Positions 56,162-64,000 of a stretch of DNA of 64,000 bases are shown here, in pieces; the stretch's first letter is position 1; each line of letters starts with the position of its first letter. Source of the stretch: Halobacteriovorax sp. (GTDB lineage: Bacteria > Bdellovibrionota > Bacteriovoracia > Bacteriovoracales > Bacteriovoracaceae). The position numbers were made by a program, and so were the translations under genes. The notes under the pieces are model-generated. The model ran no database searches and was not told the origin of the DNA. It was given only the letters and a program-made list of their open reading frames with translations. The DNA is taken from contig JAIFLR010000067.1 of the NCBI GenBank assembly GCA_020048985.1, positions 2,875 through 66,874 on the forward strand, given 5' to 3'.

Positions 56162-57274
56162 ATGAAACTGTCGATACAGTCAAACGTGCTACGAGATGCA
56201 ATTAATAAAGTTCTATCAGTTGTAGATAAAAAAAACTCACGCCCAATATTAACTAACTGCTTGATCAGATCTCAGGGTCAAAAATTAGAATTGATTGCAA
56301 CGGACCTAGAAGTATCAGCTAAAATAATTTTGAATGCTAAAATTGAAAAAGAAGGAAGCTTTTGCATTAATAGCAAAAACATTTCTGATATTTTGAGAGA
56401 GCTACCCAATGAGGAATTACTTTTAAATGTTGATACCAACAACCTTTTAAATTTGAATTGTAAAAGTATTAATTATTCTTTGCTCGTTACAAGTGCAGAT
56501 GAGTTTCCTCAATTAAATTTCCAAAATCAAAGCTCAGAATTTCGTCTCAAAACTAAGCAGATCTCACACATCATTAATAAAACTCAACATGCAATTTCAA
56601 CTGATGAAACGAGATTGTACCTTAATGGTATCTATCTTCAGTTAACTGATTCAAAACTTAGATCAGTCGCCATTGATGGACACCGTTTGGCACTTCTTGA
56701 TACTCACGAATTCATTGGCGAAAATAAATTTCTCGTAGATGGAGTGATCATTCCTCGTAAAGGAATAAACGAACTTAAGAAAATCGCAGATACATACCCA
56801 GAAGATGATGTTTCTATATCACTTGATGATTCTTTCATGTTTGTTAATGCACGAAATGAGTACTATCTCTCAATTCGTCTTATTGCTCGTGAATACCCTA
56901 AGTACCAGACAGTGATTCCGTCAAAAACAACAAATCGCTTTCACATTGACCGAAATGCCATTTTAAATGCTGTTAAACGCATTAAAATTCTATCTAATGA
57001 AAAAACTAACGGGATCAAGCTAAACGTTGCACCTGGCTTACTTACAATTTCTACTCAACATCCAGCTCTAGGACAAGCGAATGAAACGCTTCCTATTGCT
57101 TATGAAGGGAAAGCAACTGAAATTGGTTTTAACGCAAAATATCTCATTGAAAGCCTTTCAGTTCTAAATGAGAGTGATGTGACTTTTGAATTTAACAATG
57201 AATTGAGTCCTGTAGTGATAAAAGCAGATGATCTTCCAGACTTCCTGGGGATAATTATGCTTTTAAAACTCTAA
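56162..57274 (+). CDS. dnaN: DNA polymerase III beta sliding clamp
   Basis: 370 aa, position after dnaA, three-domain clamp length, typical N-terminus MKLSIQSNVLRDAINKV. Confidence 0.95.
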   Translation: MKLSIQSNVLRDAINKVLSVVDKKNSRPILTNCLIRSQGQKLELIATDLEVSAKIILNAKIEKEGSFCINSKNISDILRELPNEELLLNVDTNNLLNLNCKSINYSLLVTSADEFPQLNFQNQSSEFRLKTKQISHIINKTQHAISTDETRLYLNGIYLQLTDSKLRSVAIDGHRLALLDTHEFIGENKFLVDGVIIPRKGINELKKIADTYPEDDVSISLDDSFMFVNARNEYYLSIRLIAREYPKYQTVIPSKTTNRFHIDRNAILNAVKRIKILSNEKTNGIKLNVAPGLLTISTQHPALGQANETLPIAYEGKATEIGFNAKYLIESLSVLNESDVTFEFNNELSPVVIKADDLPDFLGIIMLLKL

Positions 57275-57280
57275 TAGTGG

Positions 57281-58372
57281 ATGAATTGTTGGAAAGTTAA
57301 AAAATTACAGGCCCAAAACTTCAGAAATCTTGGAAAAGACGTTTTTGAATTTTCACCTGGAATCAATTGCATCTTTGGACAGAACGGAAATGGCAAAACC
57401 AATCTATTAGAAGCCGTTCATCTTCTCACAAATAAAAAATCATTCCGTAAAAATACCGGTTATTCACAAATGATTAACATTGAGGGCGCTAGTCCAGAGT
57501 TAATCATCCAGTCAGTGTTTGAGAATGACGATGATCAAAGTTCTTATTCCATAAGAATGTCAGAGGGACTGGAAGAGCGTTATTTTAATAATGTCTTTGA
57601 AAAATCTAAAACACCTTCTACTTCTGTATTTATTAATCCATTTGATTCGTACTCATTTCATACTAGTTCAACTTTTCGCAGGCAGTGGTTTGATTCTCAT
57701 TTGTCTCTGATCGATAAAGAATTTAAACAAGTACTGGGTAGGTTTCAAAAAGCGATTAGGTTTCGAAATTCAGTGCTTGGAATGGGCGGAAAAAATACCT
57801 CATCCCAGTTACGCGCGATTGATGAACAAATTGCAGAATACTCCAGTTTATTGACTCAAAAACGATTTGAATTCTTGCAGGAACTAAATCAGCATATCAC
57901 CCCAACTTTTAGGGCCATATTTGCTGAAGAACATCGCCTTCAGCTTGATTTGGATAGCATGTTTGTTCACTGGGATGCGAAGAAGGTATTTGACTTTTAT
58001 CGTCACCAGGAAATGAACGACATAAAAGCACAAATTACGCAGGTGGGAATTCATCGTGATGACTTCATATTTAGCTTCGATGGACTCAACGCGTTTGAAT
58101 TCTGTTCTTTAGGTCAGCAAAAAATGGCCTTTCTAAGCCTTATATTTGCCTATATTGAGCTTTTTAGGTATAAATTTACCTCTTATCCTATCGTACTTAT
58201 TGACGACGTTTCTGGGGAATTGGATAGCCAGAGATGGAAAAATTTGATCCAATATTTGGAAACCAAAAAATTCCAAGTTTTGATCACCACCGCTAATGAA
58301 AGCTTTAGGGAAGAACTTGAACGTATACCGGAATCTAAGAAGTTTTTTATTAAACATGGAAAACTCATTTAA
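57281..58372 (+). CDS. recF: DNA replication/repair protein RecF
   Basis: FGQNGNGKTNLLEA Walker A, and SLGQQK ABC-signature-like motif followed by LIDDV. Confidence 0.9.
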   Translation: MNCWKVKKLQAQNFRNLGKDVFEFSPGINCIFGQNGNGKTNLLEAVHLLTNKKSFRKNTGYSQMINIEGASPELIIQSVFENDDDQSSYSIRMSEGLEERYFNNVFEKSKTPSTSVFINPFDSYSFHTSSTFRRQWFDSHLSLIDKEFKQVLGRFQKAIRFRNSVLGMGGKNTSSQLRAIDEQIAEYSSLLTQKRFEFLQELNQHITPTFRAIFAEEHRLQLDLDSMFVHWDAKKVFDFYRHQEMNDIKAQITQVGIHRDDFIFSFDGLNAFEFCSLGQQKMAFLSLIFAYIELFRYKFTSYPIVLIDDVSGELDSQRWKNLIQYLETKKFQVLITTANESFREELERIPESKKFFIKHGKLI

Positions 58373-58393
58373 ACCATGGATTGGAGCATCTGA

Positions 58394-60841
<2,448 letters not shown>

Positions 60842-60858
60842 TTTGAAGGATCAGATTT

Positions 60859-63348
60859 ATGAGTGAAGAAAACAATAATGCTAATCACAATCACGGAAAT
60901 ATAACTCCACTTCTCATTCAAGATGAGATGAAGAGCTGTTACCTCGATTACGCTATGTCAGTAATCGTTGGTCGTGCTCTTCCGGACGTTCGTGATGGTT
61001 TCAAGCCAGTTCATAGACGAGTTTTATATGCCATGCATATGCTTAATAACTACCACAACCGTCCTTATTTAAAGTCGGCGCGTGTTGTTGGTGATGTTAT
61101 CGGTAAGTATCACCCGCATGGTGACTCTGCTGTGTACGGAGCGATGGTTCGTCTCGCCCAAGAATTCTCGATGAGATACCCGATTATCGATGGTCAAGGA
61201 AACTTCGGTTCGATTGACGGAGATAGTGCCGCGGCCATGCGATATACTGAAGTTCGTATGATGAAACTCACCAATGATATGATGGGTGACATTGATAAAG
61301 AAACGGTCGATTGGCAGGATAACTATGATGGGTCACTTCAAGAGCCAACAGTTCTTCCAACAAAAATTCCAAATTTATTAATCAACGGTTCGTCTGGTAT
61401 TGCCGTAGGTATGGCAACCAACATCCCTCCTCACAACTTAAACGAAGTGATGAATGGTCTATTAGCACTCATCGATGATGAATCAATTACAGTTCATGAT
61501 TTAATTAAACACATTCCTGGCCCGGATTTTCCTACTTATGGGGCGATTCACGGTACTGCAGGAATTCAACAGGCCTACCATACTGGCCGTGGTGTAATTC
61601 AAATTCGCGCTAAAGCGGATATTGAAGTTGGAAAAAATGACCGTGAAAAAATCGTCATTACTGAAATCCCTTACCAAGTGAACAAGGCACGTTTGATTGA
61701 AAAAATTGCGGATCTCGTCCGTGAGAAAGCGATTGAAGGGATTTCAGATATTCGCGATGAATCTTCTCGTGAAGGTATCCGTGTTGTTATCGATGTTAAG
61801 CGTGGTGAATCTGCTTCTGTTCTTTTAAACCGTTTGTATAAACAGACTCAGATGCAGGTCTCTTTCGGTATCATTTTCCTTTCCATTTATAACGGTCAGC
61901 CGAAAGTTATGGATCTGAAAGAGCAGCTTCAGTGCTTCATTGAACACCGCCGCGAAATTGTTATTCGTCGTACTACATTCGAACTTAAAAAAGCTAAAGA
62001 GCGTGCCCATATTTTAGAAGGTTTAAAAATTGCCGTTGAGAATATCGACGAAATAGTTGAACTCGTTAAAAAAGCTGAAGGTCCTGCTCAGGCCAAAGAT
62101 CAGTTGATGCAGAGATTTACTCTGTCTCCGATCCAGGCCCAAGCTATATTGGATATGCGTCTCCAAAGATTGACTGGTCTTGAGCGAGATAAAATCATCG
62201 CTGATTATGAAGCGATTATGAAAGAAATCTTCCGCTTAGAAAGTATTTTGGGCTCGGAGGAAGAAATCAAAGGCATCATCCGCGGGGAATTTTCTGAAAT
62301 TAGAGAAAACTACGGCGACGTTCGTAGAACTGAAATCATTGCTCAAGCCGATGAGATTCAGATGGAAGATTTGATTAAAAACGAAGAAGTTATCGTGACC
62401 ATTACGCAGAAAGGTTACTTGAAGCGTATGGCGATGGACACTTTCCGTTCACAGAAACGTGGTGGTAAAGGCGTTAAGGGTGCAGAGTTAGATGATGATT
62501 TCTACACATCAATTTTTACTGCTGACACTCACGATACGTTGATGATTTTCACGGACAAAGGAACTGTGTTCTCGATTAAAGTTTACCAGATTCCTGAAGG
62601 TCTAAGAACAGCTAAGGGTAGAAACGTTGTAAATATCATCAACGTTCCTACTGATGAAAAAGTCCAAGAGATTATTACAGTGCCGAAAGAAGCCGAAGGT
62701 CATTACCTGATTTTTGCTACTAAGCACGGTATTGTGAAAAAATCTGAACTTTCAGAATATAAAAATATGCGCCAAAATGGTTTGAAGGCCATTAAGGTTG
62801 TGGACGGAGATGCGGTTCTTTCTGTTCGTATTACGGACGGTAAGAAAGACATTCTTCTTGCTTCTTCTGGCGGCAAATCGATCAGATTCTTTGAAGATGA
62901 TTGTCGTCCTCAAGGGCGTGTTTCTCAGGGTGTGAAAGGTATGAGCCTTGAAGATGACGAAGTCGTTATCGGCATGGAAGTTATCGATGACAAATCTGAG
63001 ATTCTAACTGTTACTTCACGTGGTTATGGTAAGCGTTCAGCAGCTGAAGAGTACCGTAAACAATCTCGTGGTGGTAAAGGTATTCTTGCAATGAAACTCA
63101 CTGAAAAAACCGGTGATATCATGTGTATTCTACCTGTTACTGATAAAGACGATCTCATGATTATTACGGATAAAGGCCAGGTAATTAGAACGAAAATTTC
63201 TGGAATCTCTCTCCTTGGCCGTAACACTCAGGGTGTGCGTCTCATCAACGTTAAACCTGATGAGAAAGTGATCGCAATTGAAAAAATTGTTGATCCAGAT
63301 GAAGAAACTCCTGAGGGGGAACCTTCTGAAACACCACCTGTTCAGTAA
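60859..63348 (+). CDS. gyrA: DNA gyrase subunit A
   Basis: [36 protein letters not shown] (QRDR), AAMRYTE active-site Tyr, and C-terminal beta-pinwheel repeats. Confidence 0.97.
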   Translation: MSEENNNANHNHGNITPLLIQDEMKSCYLDYAMSVIVGRALPDVRDGFKPVHRRVLYAMHMLNNYHNRPYLKSARVVGDVIGKYHPHGDSAVYGAMVRLAQEFSMRYPIIDGQGNFGSIDGDSAAAMRYTEVRMMKLTNDMMGDIDKETVDWQDNYDGSLQEPTVLPTKIPNLLINGSSGIAVGMATNIPPHNLNEVMNGLLALIDDESITVHDLIKHIPGPDFPTYGAIHGTAGIQQAYHTGRGVIQIRAKADIEVGKNDREKIVITEIPYQVNKARLIEKIADLVREKAIEGISDIRDESSREGIRVVIDVKRGESASVLLNRLYKQTQMQVSFGIIFLSIYNGQPKVMDLKEQLQCFIEHRREIVIRRTTFELKKAKERAHILEGLKIAVENIDEIVELVKKAEGPAQAKDQLMQRFTLSPIQAQAILDMRLQRLTGLERDKIIADYEAIMKEIFRLESILGSEEEIKGIIRGEFSEIRENYGDVRRTEIIAQADEIQMEDLIKNEEVIVTITQKGYLKRMAMDTFRSQKRGGKGVKGAELDDDFYTSIFTADTHDTLMIFTDKGTVFSIKVYQIPEGLRTAKGRNVVNIINVPTDEKVQEIITVPKEAEGHYLIFATKHGIVKKSELSEYKNMRQNGLKAIKVVDGDAVLSVRITDGKKDILLASSGGKSIRFFEDDCRPQGRVSQGVKGMSLEDDEVVIGMEVIDDKSEILTVTSRGYGKRSAAEEYRKQSRGGKGILAMKLTEKTGDIMCILPVTDKDDLMIITDKGQVIRTKISGISLLGRNTQGVRLINVKPDEKVIAIEKIVDPDEETPEGEPSETPPVQ

Positions 63349-64000
63349 ACTATTTATTGTTTTGATGCTCCTGGGGTTAGGTTCATGTGACTTTACCTCA
63401 GGGCTCAATCAAGACATTCTCTCGGCCCAAGAATATGTAGATAAGCAGAACTTTGCGAAAGCAGTTGAACTCTACGAGCGTGTCCTTAAGAAAAATCCTT
63501 CGAAAATCATCAAAACCAAAATTAACTACCAGCTAGCTGAAATCTATTATCTCTATCTGGATGAACAAGTTAAGGCGCTAAAGTATTATCAATTCATCGT
63601 GGATAACGTTGATGATCCCCTTTGGCAGGTAAAATCGCTTGAGAAAATGGCCGATATTAATTTTAGTTTTTCGAAAAACTTTCCAGAAGCTATCAGGGCC
63701 TATCAGATTTTGATGAATATCAAACCGAGGCTGAAAAATTTTGATTATTATTTTCTTAGAGTTGGTGAATCGTACTTTGAAATGGGGAAATATAATAAAG
63801 CTCGAGAAATATTTAACCAGATTATTAGCCAGCCTACGAATCCCTATTATGTGGAAGCGTACAATCAGATGGGTTTGATTGAGTTTTATAATAAGAACTG
63901 GGATCAAGCGGTCGAATATTGGATGGAATACTTAAAACGAGAAAAGAGAAAAGACCAAATTGTTAAAGTAAAATTCCTTATCGCAAATGCCTACGAATCT
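63299..64000 (+). CDS. TPR-repeat lipoprotein, 3' end runs off the window (absent from ORF track); start uncertain
   Basis: Open frame to position 64000. It reads ...[16 protein letters not shown] (lipobox-like LGSC) and then TPR-like helices ([13 protein letters not shown]..., [13 protein letters not shown]..., [12 protein letters not shown]...). Candidate starts are ATG 63299 (overlaps gyrA by 50 nt), TTG 63362 and ATG 63365. Confidence 0.6.
   Translation, partial: MKKLLRGNLLKHHLFSKLFIVLMLLGLGSCDFTSGLNQDILSAQEYVDKQNFAKAVELYERVLKKNPSKIIKTKINYQLAEIYYLYLDEQVKALKYYQFIVDNVDDPLWQVKSLEKMADINFSFSKNFPEAIRAYQILMNIKPRLKNFDYYFLRVGESYFEMGKYNKAREIFNQIISQPTNPYYVEAYNQMGLIEFYNKNWDQAVEYWMEYLKREKRKDQIVKVKFLIANAYES

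Noticed and set aside
63578-63907. 109-aa minus-strand ORF
   Set aside because: It is antisense to the TPR lipoprotein frame, which is open to the window end and has clear TPR-like helices.

Overview
This window is the replication-origin region of a visibly AT-rich diderm (Gram-negative) chromosome. The core is rpmH-rnpA-yidD-yidC-mnmE-mnmG-rsmG-parA-parB-bactofilin plus an F1Fo ATP synthase b'-b-delta-alpha-gamma-beta-epsilon operon on the minus strand, diverging from dnaA-dnaN-recF-gyrB-gyrA on the plus strand. The left 39 kb holds housekeeping genes (apbC/mrp, ychF, pth, prs, tRNA-Gln, priA, galU, def-fmt-rpe, hutHUI, glpK, radA, ligA). These are interleaved with many signal-peptide or outer-membrane proteins of unknown function, two lytic transglycosylases and a patatin lipase. 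That gene content would fit a Bdellovibrio-like predator, but this taxonomic guess is low confidence. I saw no CRISPR array, rRNA, IS element or prophage. The most interesting signals are: (1) eight copies of a 16-bp palindrome, TGSYYCTATAGRRSCA, confined to the 16.5 kb left of dnaN. They lie in three reading-frame contexts and two non-coding contexts, including the putative oriC, and sit among two perfect canonical parS sites. I propose an undescribed ori-proximal DNA-binding-site system with parS-like arms. (2) A secreted 707-aa protein ending in a 130-aa Q/N/Y/G-rich prion-like tail. (3) A putative oriC in the dnaA-dnaN spacer. All calls rest on reading the sequence and on recalled family motifs. 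No database search was run.
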